Shown in pieces: positions 35,079 through 45,800 of a stretch of 64,000 bases of DNA. Both the position numbers and the translations under genes were made by a program. Every line of letters begins with the position of its first letter. Within the stretch, counting starts at the first letter, position 1. The DNA lies in the IMG/VR virus record IMGVR_UViG_3300034284_002648, positions 1 through 64,000 of that record; one strand, written 5' to 3'. The DNA comes from a virus. A model generated the notes under the pieces. The model saw only the letters and a list, made by a program, of their open reading frames with translations, searched no databases and was not told where the DNA came from.

Positions 35079-37034
35079 ATGCCTGGCCCATTAATATCTA
35101 ATATAAATAATACTAATAATAATGTTACTATATTATCTCATCCTAGTGATAACACTGGATCTCCAAGAGATGAAAAAATAGATGTATTTTTTTGTGGCAG
35201 TGGTTTCCATAAAGATTTGGAACTTGGCCCAACACCGTTAATGACTATAACAAGAGAATTTATTAAAGACGGCGCCGGTTCTTATATTGGTATTAATAAT
35301 AAGATTAATTTAACTGGAAAAATATACAACAGTGGAACTCCTGGAATAATTGATATTCTGGATGTGAAAGAAAAAAATCTTAAAGATCTCATAAGAAAAG
35401 GGGTAGGAGATTTAGAAATTAGAGGGAATAATGGAGGTAATAATCTTTTAGGAGATAAGGCTGGGAAAAATGCTAAAGTTGTAAGCTATTCTATAGATAA
35501 AACCCCAGATCAATGGGTTTATAGTGCAGACTACTCTATCGATTTTGCTTACTACGAATCTATCGCTAAATCCAACTATAGGGTTAGTAGCGTAACAGAA
35601 TCATGGTCTTTGGAACCTTTAGGAGAATTGGTATATTTGGCATTAAATAAACCAGTAGCAAAAAGATCAGAAACAGAACCATCATCTGCAACATCAATGA
35701 ATAATGTGATGGTTACTGGCTTACCACAGTTTAGATTAACTAGAAAGTTGGCTGCTGTTGGAGTCAGAGGAGAAAAATTTATCTCCCATGATAAAAGTTC
35801 TAGACATGAATTTAATACTCAATCTTCTGCTGACGAAGACAGAGGAGAAAATGATGCTTATTTGCAAGCTAAAAAGTGGATAGAAGATAGACTAGATCTA
35901 CCATTTAATACATCCTATAATAGTAAAGGAGATTATACAACCAAAGTATCCTCTGCTTATAACATAAGTAGTTTTACTAACTTATTTGTTTGTAATCATA
36001 CTAGAAATATTAGTTTTAGTATTACTGACGGATCTTACGAAGTAAATGATACTTGGCTAGCATTACCTAGTGGGGTTAGACACACAGAAGAATTTACTAT
36101 AGAAAGCTCAACAGATGAAAAATTTATCAAAACAGTAAAAGTACAAGGAATGATTAAAGGACTACATGTTCCTGTTAGTAATGTTGTAACACAAAATACT
36201 AATATTCCTCAATTAGATGATGCAAAAATAGATCTTGCCAAATATAAACAGAGTGGTTCATCTGGTAGTGTTGGGGGTAAAGCTTTTAAATCAGAAAAAT
36301 ATAACAATGCACTAGATGCTTGGATAGATGATATTAAGCCTAGTTTATATACTAGGGCTTGTTTGGCGCTTAGAAGTCCTGATAGAACACAAGATTATTT
36401 TCCACCAGGATACAATGGAGGAACTGCACCACCAGGAAATCCAGCGTTCAGAAAAGAGAACCTATTAAATATTATACCAATTTCATCTTCAGAATCTCAT
36501 GACACTCTTAAAGGAGCAATAGGATATACTTATGAATATAATAATGCTACTAAAATTTTTAGTGGTGTGATAGCAGAAAGTGTTAGTATAGATACTACTG
36601 GTCCAGCTAATCAAATGGCCGAAATCTTTGTTCTAGGTAGGCCGCTTGGTCCTGTTATTCAAGATTTAGGCACCAAAACATCATGTACAAAAAGTGTCAA
36701 TATAGAATTAATTATACCTCCTCCAACAACAGCAGCAGCCTTTAATATGAAAAATAATAGCTGTCCAGTATGGACAGGTGGATATATATTTCAGACTTGT
36801 GAAGCTATTATAGAGGGGCAGAAACCATATGGTCAAAGATTGGGTACTGGTACAAACTTGCCAGATTCTCAAACAAAAGGCGTTTATACTAATACTTTAG
36901 GCCCTTTTAATGGAGATGTTTTTGTTAAATCTGATACATATTCTTGGAATCCTTCAGAAGGACGCTATACAAGAAATGTTGAATGGATTTATCAACCAAG
37001 GGCAGGACAGTTTAACTTTTTAAGATTAGGATAA
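35079..37034 (+). CDS. Putative tail/baseplate structural protein, paralog B
   Basis: Shares QFR.TRKL.AVG, AYLQAKKW, NHTRNI..SITDGSYEV and VKSDTYSW.P..GRYTRN.EW.YQP with paralog A. Confidence 0.55.
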   Translation: MPGPLISNINNTNNNVTILSHPSDNTGSPRDEKIDVFFCGSGFHKDLELGPTPLMTITREFIKDGAGSYIGINNKINLTGKIYNSGTPGIIDILDVKEKNLKDLIRKGVGDLEIRGNNGGNNLLGDKAGKNAKVVSYSIDKTPDQWVYSADYSIDFAYYESIAKSNYRVSSVTESWSLEPLGELVYLALNKPVAKRSETEPSSATSMNNVMVTGLPQFRLTRKLAAVGVRGEKFISHDKSSRHEFNTQSSADEDRGENDAYLQAKKWIEDRLDLPFNTSYNSKGDYTTKVSSAYNISSFTNLFVCNHTRNISFSITDGSYEVNDTWLALPSGVRHTEEFTIESSTDEKFIKTVKVQGMIKGLHVPVSNVVTQNTNIPQLDDAKIDLAKYKQSGSSGSVGGKAFKSEKYNNALDAWIDDIKPSLYTRACLALRSPDRTQDYFPPGYNGGTAPPGNPAFRKENLLNIIPISSSESHDTLKGAIGYTYEYNNATKIFSGVIAESVSIDTTGPANQMAEIFVLGRPLGPVIQDLGTKTSCTKSVNIELIIPPPTTAAAFNMKNNSCPVWTGGYIFQTCEAIIEGQKPYGQRLGTGTNLPDSQTKGVYTNTLGPFNGDVFVKSDTYSWNPSEGRYTRNVEWIYQPRAGQFNFLRLG

Positions 37035-37047
37035 TAGGAGATAGATA

Positions 37048-40000
37048 ATGTCGTTAGCAAGAACTAATACTAGACCAGATACTAATAGTTTTGTAAAGAA
37101 AACTATACCACAAACTTTGTTTTTGGGGGCTAGTGTTTCTAACTTTACAACAAACCTTGGATGGGGAGCACAAGCGTCTTCTCTATCTATTAATATGGTC
37201 AACGACACATCTGGATGTGCTCCACTTACCCAAATATCTATGACAGGACAAGCTGGTTCTAATTTTAATGATGAAAATCATTATTATGATACTGAAGATG
37301 GAGATAGTTTATATGTTGGAAGAGACCCTAGTACTGGACGAGGTATTCTATACGGGAAAATTCATCATAGATGGAGTACAGATAAGAAACAATTTGTTTC
37401 TATATATCATAGAGATAAAGATCCAGGATTTTTAGGACTTAAAAATACTTGGGGAGGAGAAAACCCAGGATATGATATTACTGGAACCCCTGTATACTTT
37501 AGGTCTGGTGATTTTGAATACTGTGGCTTGGTTAAAAATTGGGATCATACTGTGGGAACTGGTGGAGGTACAACATCGGTTACCATAGAAAGTCCAGCAT
37601 CTTTACTGGCAAATTCATATGTTATTGTTGGAGAATATGCTGGATCAATTTTTTCTAGATCAACATCTACAGCCAGTATAGGCGCACCAAGAAATTATGT
37701 TGGTTCTGCTGTTGATTATACTCCAGATGTTGGTAAAGGAACAATTCATAATTTATTTAATGCTTTTGGATTTTTAGAATCTTTTTCTTTTGGATATTCT
37801 GATTCTAATGATCAAGGTATGCCCATATCGTATATTATTAATGCCTTACAGGTCTTAACAAGCGAAAAAGATAAGGCAAGCAAGGGGGCCTATAGTCCTT
37901 TTGGTAGAATTATAGGTAGAGCAGCTATGACTAGCGATCAAGCATTTTGCGGCTCTAGTTTTTATACCGGACATGGATTATTTCCTAGTGTAGCTGGATC
38001 TAATGGCGAATATTATCATGAATATATATTGGATTTATCAGAATTGCCCCGTCCAAACAATATGTTAAGGATGGCCGGTCCTGTAATAAGTATTTTAGAT
38101 TTGGTATCAGAAGTTTGCGAAATAACATCACGAGACTTTTTCGTTGAGTTGATGCCCGCTGCTGATGAAAATGGTAATGTGTTACCAACCATAAAGATTA
38201 GAACAGTAAATAGATATTCTCAGCCAATTCCAAATCAAGTTAGAAATGTAGTAAATAGTATATCGAATACTTATGCTCTTAGCAATGTAACCTATGGTCA
38301 AGAATCTGGAGAAGCATTAAATAGAACGATGCTTATAGGTGGACCACAACAAAGATTATATCAAGCAAAAAATTATAGATTGGCATATACCCAATGCAAT
38401 TATGTACTAGACCCATCAGCTAATAAGGTTGTTAATTTTTACTCCTACAATCAATCAAAATATAGGACACCTAGTTTTGCTTCTACAAGATTAGCACTTA
38501 ATAGCAACGCTGTTGCTAGCGACTACTCATGGTTGATAGCAGACGATGAACTTGTCAAAGAAAATGTTGATAATTTAAGAACAACATCAACATCTACTGA
38601 ATTTTTAGACACAACTAATGGTCCTGGTGTTGGAGGATTAATAGGCGGAGGCGGTAATAAAGTTGGTAATTATAGAGAAGATAAATCATACAACCCTATT
38701 CCTGCTGGAACATTTGCCCCTACTCTTGGAGGTTCTCCAGCCACAAACTTTCAAGCAAGATGGATTCCACTGTTTGAAGATATTATAGCTCCATTTTATG
38801 GATTTGAATTTGAAGATCAATCTGCCGATACTAGTGGATTACCAGAAGAAAGTTTAAAGCGACCACGCAAAGTATTTTTAGATAGTTTTACAGGTCAACA
38901 AGTTGTGGTTTTTGATATAGGTGAATTACCTCCGTTGAGATATGGTATTAGTACATTGTACTCTGGAACGAAATTTGTTGTTACAGAAACCGAAATGAGA
39001 GCCGCACTCGCCGGTTTTGACAACTTGATACTGTACTATGCTTCAAAAACATACAAACCAGATCTAATCTTAATGTTACAGAAAACATATATAGACAATA
39101 GACTATCTGTAGTATCATCTAATGAAGGACCTATGGCTATGGGTGCCTGGGGTATGGTCGAAGATGAAAATGCAGCAGATACAGAAGGATACCCAACAAA
39201 TGTATTTGCCGACCAAGATGAAGAGGTAAACGTTACCAACTTATTACTGAGCAAATCTTTTACAGAAGACTTAATGAGTATACATGCTTTTATATCGGAT
39301 ATTGCTTCTAAGTACTATGGCAAATCGTATACTGTTAAACTTCCAGGAATAAGAGGATATAGAGACTGGAGTAGTGGAGGTAATCAACAAGTTGGAGAAG
39401 ATTCTCAAGGAAGACCTATTTATGTTTGGGCCGGATCTCCAAAAGTATACTATGATTATCAGGTAGCATCTGATGGAGCATGGGAAGAGCCAGGTAACTA
39501 TATCGACGATAATATAATTGTTGGATCTGTAGACTCTTATCATTTAATGGATGAAACAGGTAAAATATTACCCGTATTAGGATATAATGCTTCTGATAAT
39601 TTTGATCATACAGCTTACAAGATGTGTGCCGATAGTACATTGACCCAAGCCGCCTATCGTTCAAGAAAAGAGAGTCCTGTTTTTGGAATAGAATTATATA
39701 GTATGCAGGCTGTTGAGTTTCAGGATTGCGACACGGCCAAATTTTATTATCCGTCTGTAGACCTAAGTGGTGTTTCACAAGACGTATTATTAGTAGATAA
39801 TAAAGATACAATAAAAAATCCTTATGGTATAGGTAGTAATATTGCTCCAGGATATGGCAGAAAGGCTTATGTAAAATCAGCTGTAAGAAATGATTTATAT
39901 TTTAAAGACGCTAGTACATTCTTTGACCCTAAAGTAATAATAGACTCTCCCGGCATCTTTTTAAATAGTAGTAGTCTGGAATATACTCAAGATCCTAATA

Positions 40001-42804
40001 GAACTGTGGTATCTAATGCAGCACTAGAAGATCTTCTTATCTATATGTATAGCACACCAGCTAATTTACAAATACTGGATGTTATTAGAGTATGGTCATC
40101 CAGATTAAGTCATATGTATAATGGATATCTACTAAGAACAAAACACAAAAAATCCGAATCTGCTCAAATGGTAGAATTAGCACCTAAAGCTGCCCAACCA
40201 TTTTTTGCTGCTGTTCCTATTAAAAGCAATAAATTTGTTTACGGTCCATGGACAGATTATCCGCATCAATATAAAAACATTATATTTCCTGGCGCAACCA
40301 ATCAGGATAATATGGTAAGAAATTTATTAAACGGTATTCGTGTAGAGGTGGATCCAGAAATGGTTCCTTGGAATTATGGCGGGTCATCACTGCTAGATAA
40401 AGCAGCTATGTTAAAGATCTATCAGGGTCAAACATATCAAAATGTTATAGAGTCTGGATCATTTGAAATTCCCGGATTGCCAGTATTTGGTTTGGGTGGC
40501 AGATTTTCAGCCCCATATGCTACTAAAAATTATAGTAATCAATATTTTATATTACAAACAGATTATTATGAGTATACAGATGCTGATGGTAATACTACAC
40601 AATATAATTTTAATTATTTACAAGATCAAAATTTTAATGATACAAATCCAGTTTTGAGTAACCTTCAAATCAATGTATCAGAAAGTAAAATTTCAACATC
40701 TTATTCTTTGAAAGTGTATTCAAAACCACTCAGTAGATTTAATAAAGAAGCTGCGGATAGACTAAAGAAAATAGCCAAACAAAATCTAGCATTATCACAA
40801 AGAAACTCTACAGCTACTAAAAAATTAATTGGTGAACAAATTAAAGCTTTACAAAGTTCAATAGGTAAAAGAGAGAGTGGTGCTTCTGGATGGTCTAGTG
40901 AGGGGGCTTCTAAGAAATTAATGGGATGGAGCCCAGTAAGATTGATTATTGGCAGTGCAGAATATCATTCTTCTCCACCTACAAAAATAGCCGCTCGAAC
41001 CACTAGAACAAATATTAGAAACTCTCAGAATAGTGCTACTCCAGGAACAGGAACCACAGGACAAGCAAATAATACTAACGTAACAACAAAAACATATGAG
41101 GGTTCCAGAGGTGACTGGGATATTAATGCTTCATTCAATGGTAATAATAGTAATGTTCCTTGGGATCAAGCTAACGGCCCAATAAATACCATGCTTAAGG
41201 ATCTGAGACATTATGCCACTATCAATATACATCAATTAAAAGAAAGAGGCTTGGACGAAAAAGATAACTATGGAGATAAAGCCATAATGAGCTTAGACGG
41301 CCTATTATCTCCTGTATCATTTTACCCAACGAGATACAATTCTTGTTATAGTATAGCAAAATGGCCAAGATCAAAATGTCCAGTATGTTGTGGTAGTAAA
41401 ACTATGACCGAGAATATTAAAAACTATAGTAGTAATACTGAAGTATCTGTTACTAAGGTTTGTGAGTATTGTTATGATGATGCAAATACAAAAGCAAAAA
41501 ATACTCTACCCAAGAAAAGAAACAGTAATTTAGCACTTCCTCCTTATGTTACCGTAAGAAATACTTCTGATACCAATATACTTGGTATAAATGCAGACCA
41601 ATATAATCTAAACAAGGTTAGTGATGCAACTATTAATGTATTTAGTTTACAGCCGGTTTTACAAAGCACTGGCGATTTTGCCAACCCGAATGCTCAAGCT
41701 ACTGACAAAAAAAGACACTCTATTAGTGCTGTTGGTCGAGGTGGTGTTCATCATGGAGAAACCATAGGTGGAGTAACAGATCTAATTATCAAAAATAATA
41801 TAGAGAATAATTATTATGGTGTAAATCCAGATTTTTATGGTGAAACAGACATAAGACTTCAGCAGTATTTACAATCTTGTGGAGATGCTGCTTCTAGCAT
41901 AGCAGGAAACTGCGGATATCTGCAATATCCATTGAATAATAGATTTATAGGACTTAGAGGCCCAATTATGGTTCATGGTTGGGGATATGATACCGATGGG
42001 TATCCAGTACCTAATGCGGCCGAAGAACCTAAATTTGTTAATGATAAGGGTATGTTTAAAAGGCATAAAAAAAAGAAAAGTACTTATGCTGATGGTACAG
42101 ACATTTTGGATGCTGATGGTAATAATGTTTATGAAGATGATTATGATCATCCGGGAGATTATCCAGGAGGATCAATTGCTGCAAATGATTTGGGTAGTGT
42201 GATTAGTAAAAGTCAATATTGGGTTAATAATAAGTGGACTAGACCAGTACGAAGCGATAAGTTTTATTTAAACTGGGGGGAAAGACCTGACCTATGGCCT
42301 GTTGGACCTATTGATTTAAGATGGGACAAGGAGAGAAAGGTTTGGGTGACACCACAACCAAAAATTTATAAGAATGTATATATAACACTAGAAGAAGATT
42401 TAGTTACAGTACAAAATCCAGAAGATACACTCAAGCCTTGTAGGGGATTTATTACAGACTTAGAATATGATACAACGTCTGATACTAGTAGAAAATTGGT
42501 ATTTGTCGTAGATAAATCAGGATATACTGCTCCAAGAGGAGCAAAATTATTATGTATGTATAATGCAGATAGCGGTTTTTATGAGGTATTGAGCAAACCT
42601 ACATTTACAGCTTTTGGAACAATACAAGCTGATGGATCATCAGCAGTATTAGTATTAACATATATGCAGAGCAGAAATAGAAATATAGATGCCAATACTG
42701 TGAGTGTTAATTTTAGTAACCCATTTGGGTTTAGTGTGTCATCGGACCAAAAAGGATTATTTATGTATATGGACAGTTCATGGAACCTTATAGCAACACA
42801 TTAA
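37048..42804 (+). CDS. Giant structural protein, candidate baseplate hub/tail-tip protein
   Basis: 1918 aa with a strong SD (TAAGGAG). Function is inferred from size and position only. It contains a helical coiled-coil-like stretch and a CxxC...CxxC insert. Confidence 0.45.
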   Translation: MSLARTNTRPDTNSFVKKTIPQTLFLGASVSNFTTNLGWGAQASSLSINMVNDTSGCAPLTQISMTGQAGSNFNDENHYYDTEDGDSLYVGRDPSTGRGILYGKIHHRWSTDKKQFVSIYHRDKDPGFLGLKNTWGGENPGYDITGTPVYFRSGDFEYCGLVKNWDHTVGTGGGTTSVTIESPASLLANSYVIVGEYAGSIFSRSTSTASIGAPRNYVGSAVDYTPDVGKGTIHNLFNAFGFLESFSFGYSDSNDQGMPISYIINALQVLTSEKDKASKGAYSPFGRIIGRAAMTSDQAFCGSSFYTGHGLFPSVAGSNGEYYHEYILDLSELPRPNNMLRMAGPVISILDLVSEVCEITSRDFFVELMPAADENGNVLPTIKIRTVNRYSQPIPNQVRNVVNSISNTYALSNVTYGQESGEALNRTMLIGGPQQRLYQAKNYRLAYTQCNYVLDPSANKVVNFYSYNQSKYRTPSFASTRLALNSNAVASDYSWLIADDELVKENVDNLRTTSTSTEFLDTTNGPGVGGLIGGGGNKVGNYREDKSYNPIPAGTFAPTLGGSPATNFQARWIPLFEDIIAPFYGFEFEDQSADTSGLPEESLKRPRKVFLDSFTGQQVVVFDIGELPPLRYGISTLYSGTKFVVTETEMRAALAGFDNLILYYASKTYKPDLILMLQKTYIDNRLSVVSSNEGPMAMGAWGMVEDENAADTEGYPTNVFADQDEEVNVTNLLLSKSFTEDLMSIHAFISDIASKYYGKSYTVKLPGIRGYRDWSSGGNQQVGEDSQGRPIYVWAGSPKVYYDYQVASDGAWEEPGNYIDDNIIVGSVDSYHLMDETGKILPVLGYNASDNFDHTAYKMCADSTLTQAAYRSRKESPVFGIELYSMQAVEFQDCDTAKFYYPSVDLSGVSQDVLLVDNKDTIKNPYGIGSNIAPGYGRKAYVKSAVRNDLYFKDASTFFDPKVIIDSPGIFLNSSSLEYTQDPNRTVVSNAALEDLLIYMYSTPANLQILDVIRVWSSRLSHMYNGYLLRTKHKKSESAQMVELAPKAAQPFFAAVPIKSNKFVYGPWTDYPHQYKNIIFPGATNQDNMVRNLLNGIRVEVDPEMVPWNYGGSSLLDKAAMLKIYQGQTYQNVIESGSFEIPGLPVFGLGGRFSAPYATKNYSNQYFILQTDYYEYTDADGNTTQYNFNYLQDQNFNDTNPVLSNLQINVSESKISTSYSLKVYSKPLSRFNKEAADRLKKIAKQNLALSQRNSTATKKLIGEQIKALQSSIGKRESGASGWSSEGASKKLMGWSPVRLIIGSAEYHSSPPTKIAARTTRTNIRNSQNSATPGTGTTGQANNTNVTTKTYEGSRGDWDINASFNGNNSNVPWDQANGPINTMLKDLRHYATINIHQLKERGLDEKDNYGDKAIMSLDGLLSPVSFYPTRYNSCYSIAKWPRSKCPVCCGSKTMTENIKNYSSNTEVSVTKVCEYCYDDANTKAKNTLPKKRNSNLALPPYVTVRNTSDTNILGINADQYNLNKVSDATINVFSLQPVLQSTGDFANPNAQATDKKRHSISAVGRGGVHHGETIGGVTDLIIKNNIENNYYGVNPDFYGETDIRLQQYLQSCGDAASSIAGNCGYLQYPLNNRFIGLRGPIMVHGWGYDTDGYPVPNAAEEPKFVNDKGMFKRHKKKKSTYADGTDILDADGNNVYEDDYDHPGDYPGGSIAANDLGSVISKSQYWVNNKWTRPVRSDKFYLNWGERPDLWPVGPIDLRWDKERKVWVTPQPKIYKNVYITLEEDLVTVQNPEDTLKPCRGFITDLEYDTTSDTSRKLVFVVDKSGYTAPRGAKLLCMYNADSGFYEVLSKPTFTAFGTIQADGSSAVLVLTYMQSRNRNIDANTVSVNFSNPFGFSVSSDQKGLFMYMDSSWNLIATH

Positions 42805-42808
42805 TAAT

Positions 42809-45800
42809 ATGATAAATAAAGATTACGGAAGTTGTAATTTATTTAAAACCGAAATATATGATAATCTACAACCATTTTATATATACTATGATAATGGAGG
42901 ATCTTTAAGTTCCAGGTTCGGAACATCTTCTCAGTCGCTATATATCAATAATATGTCACAAATGACACAGTTAATTGATAGCTCAGTAGAAGAAGAAGTA
43001 TGGGCTCCAGCTTTCGCTTATGCCGCTTCTACAACACAAATGCCTTATTTAGAAGGTGCAGCTAATAGAAAACCTGTTCTTGGATTTAATCAATTTTTTG
43101 TACTGAGCAACCCTTCTTTTAAAGATATGTCTATAGAAAACAATATTAAGGTTGGAGTAGACTGGTTTTTGAACGATGTGTTGAACAGCGATATAACACC
43201 AAACAATGGAGTAATGTTTTGGTATAAAAAAAGAGGAGAGAGATCATCTACATCCACCCTAGAAAACATGGCTGTAGGAGAGTGGATTTACGCATCCACC
43301 GCTTTTAATGTTAAATCTATTAATAATAAGACCTTATCGATACCAGCAGGACAAATTTGTGTAAAATTAAACAATAAAGAATTACAAGTATTACCTATTA
43401 ATAAGATTACTAAGGGTAATCAACAAATCTCCAGAGCAATTTATCTACATAAATCAGTAGCCTCAGACCCTGAACCATATAATCCACTCGGTACTCAAAA
43501 CAATATTTATGAACCAACAAAAATCAATCTAGAAACAAGTACTAATAAACCATCCTCATGGTCTCTTTATGAAGACTATAACTATTTAAATGTTAATGGA
43601 TCTTACTATAGTATTCATATCAGTGAAGGAGACTACTTTTCTTATTTTAATAGCTCAAATCAAACAGATCATTTTTTATCTTTTAATTTGATGCCAATAT
43701 ATAGAACCATATATAATAATTTATTGAATATAACAGGACTATCGAGCCTTAGTTCCCAGCAAGCTAAAAAATTAAGAGAATTAGCATACGTACTTGCAAC
43801 AGGACCACAAAACGATAAAGTTACATTTAATGTTAATGGATATAATCCAACCAGCTATATTAGTTCAATAACTTCTTATATCAATAGTAGTACTTATTCA
43901 GTAACAGACGTTCAAAATATTTGTAAAAATATATATAAAGAAATAAAAGATTTAGAAAAAAATAGAACATATAATACATCATTAGTACCATATAAAATAA
44001 ATCTTAGTGATCTTAATGATAATTTTTCTAAAGTACCCAATGATATTTTTCACAAACTTGTTTCTAAATATGGCTTATACTTAAGACTTGCTGGAGATAA
44101 TGCCAAAATCACTGTTAATAAATTATTAAGATGGAAAGAGAGTAAAAAATCTAATAATTATGTTGGAGGTCCTAATATTTCTATTGATGCTAGATTTATA
44201 TATTGGACATCAAACAGAGATATTACAAATGAAGCAGTTTCTAGACCAACCCCAGGAAATGTTGGACACCCATATTATGATCAGCATATTCAAGCTGGTC
44301 CTATGAAAATAGAAACAGATGTTGGTAATCAAGTGGTTTATTTCAAAAGTGTAGAAACCGGTAGCGAACAAGCAACTATAAAAGCTGGTATAATTAAACC
44401 ATCTCAAAATCCCAGAATTAATACTTCAGAATCTTCTTATTTGTTGTTGCCAGAAATCAAATATTGCATGTTTTATAAACAGGGTGGTTTTAAAATTATT
44501 AGCAGTACCTGTTATATAGATGAAAATGTTGGACAAGCTAGTATGTATAATGGTAAACTTGATGGTAAACCCATCTTCTTGAAGATAGATAAGTTATCAT
44601 CAAAATGGAATTCTGGCACTAACAAAGAATATAATTTCGACAACAGCGATCCCGACGAATATAAAAAACCATCGATTAAATTTAAAATATACAATAGTAA
44701 TGATGTTATTAAAATAGATAGTTTATATATCAATTTTATAAGATACAAAGAAGATACCCTATGTCAATGTGAATCTTTTTATAAAGAAATTATAAACAGA
44801 AGTGAAAACTACACTAAAGAAATCGGAGTAAATAGATTTTTAGGTATCGATATATTTGAACAAACACCAAAAAGAGTTGGTTTTGGTAGAGCAGGATATT
44901 GTGATAATGTTTATCTGGGCAGGGTAAAAAATATGGTTGCTGGTGTTGAAATAGAAGAAACTTCTAGTGCAGGCGTTCCTGGCGTATCAACCAGATTCGC
45001 CCCTCCTATTTTAGCGTATGGAGGCTATGACGCTTCTATTGTATCGGAATTAGGGGTTAAATTACCTAGTCATCCTATGCCGGGAGAAAAACTACCAACA
45101 TTAAATACTAGAAACCCAAACTATATTGATGAAACTAAGTGTTACGAAAGAAGCGGATTTGTTCAAGATAGTTCCTATTTCACACATACATCAGACAATA
45201 GTTCATCAGATAACCTAATTGGAAGTACAGTTTTTGAAAAGGGCTTCTTTCATCCACACAAGGGATGGATATCCGAAGCTAATTCTCTATATAATAATTT
45301 CAAAAATAAAACAGCTGTTACTAGCTATAAACCACATAAAAAATCTAGATTTGTATTCAAGGGTGTTGGATTTCTATTTGATAGTGACCTGTCATATTCC
45401 AGCACCATATCAATAAATAAAGGAAGTCAAAAAACAACAATTGATGAATTTTCTCCTCAAACAGCCATTAGAGATATTGGATCATTTTTATCTAAATATT
45501 CATCAGAATATATTACTGAAGAATGTATTCCTTACAAAGGAAAAAGGGATGAGAACGGTAAATTTATCAATAACACAGAGCAGTTTAAAGATAATAGTTG
45601 TGACAATAATTATCAGCCTAAAGTTGAGCATCTAATATACCCACTCAAAGATGCTGCTACAGGAGTAGAGATAGTACCTACTGCTGATATAGATAATTTA
45701 AGAATAAAAGATATAGAGGTTAAACTTAATTTTATTAATTTCGATAATATACAAGATATTAAACTTACTCTCAAATATACTGGAACTGCTGGAACAGATA

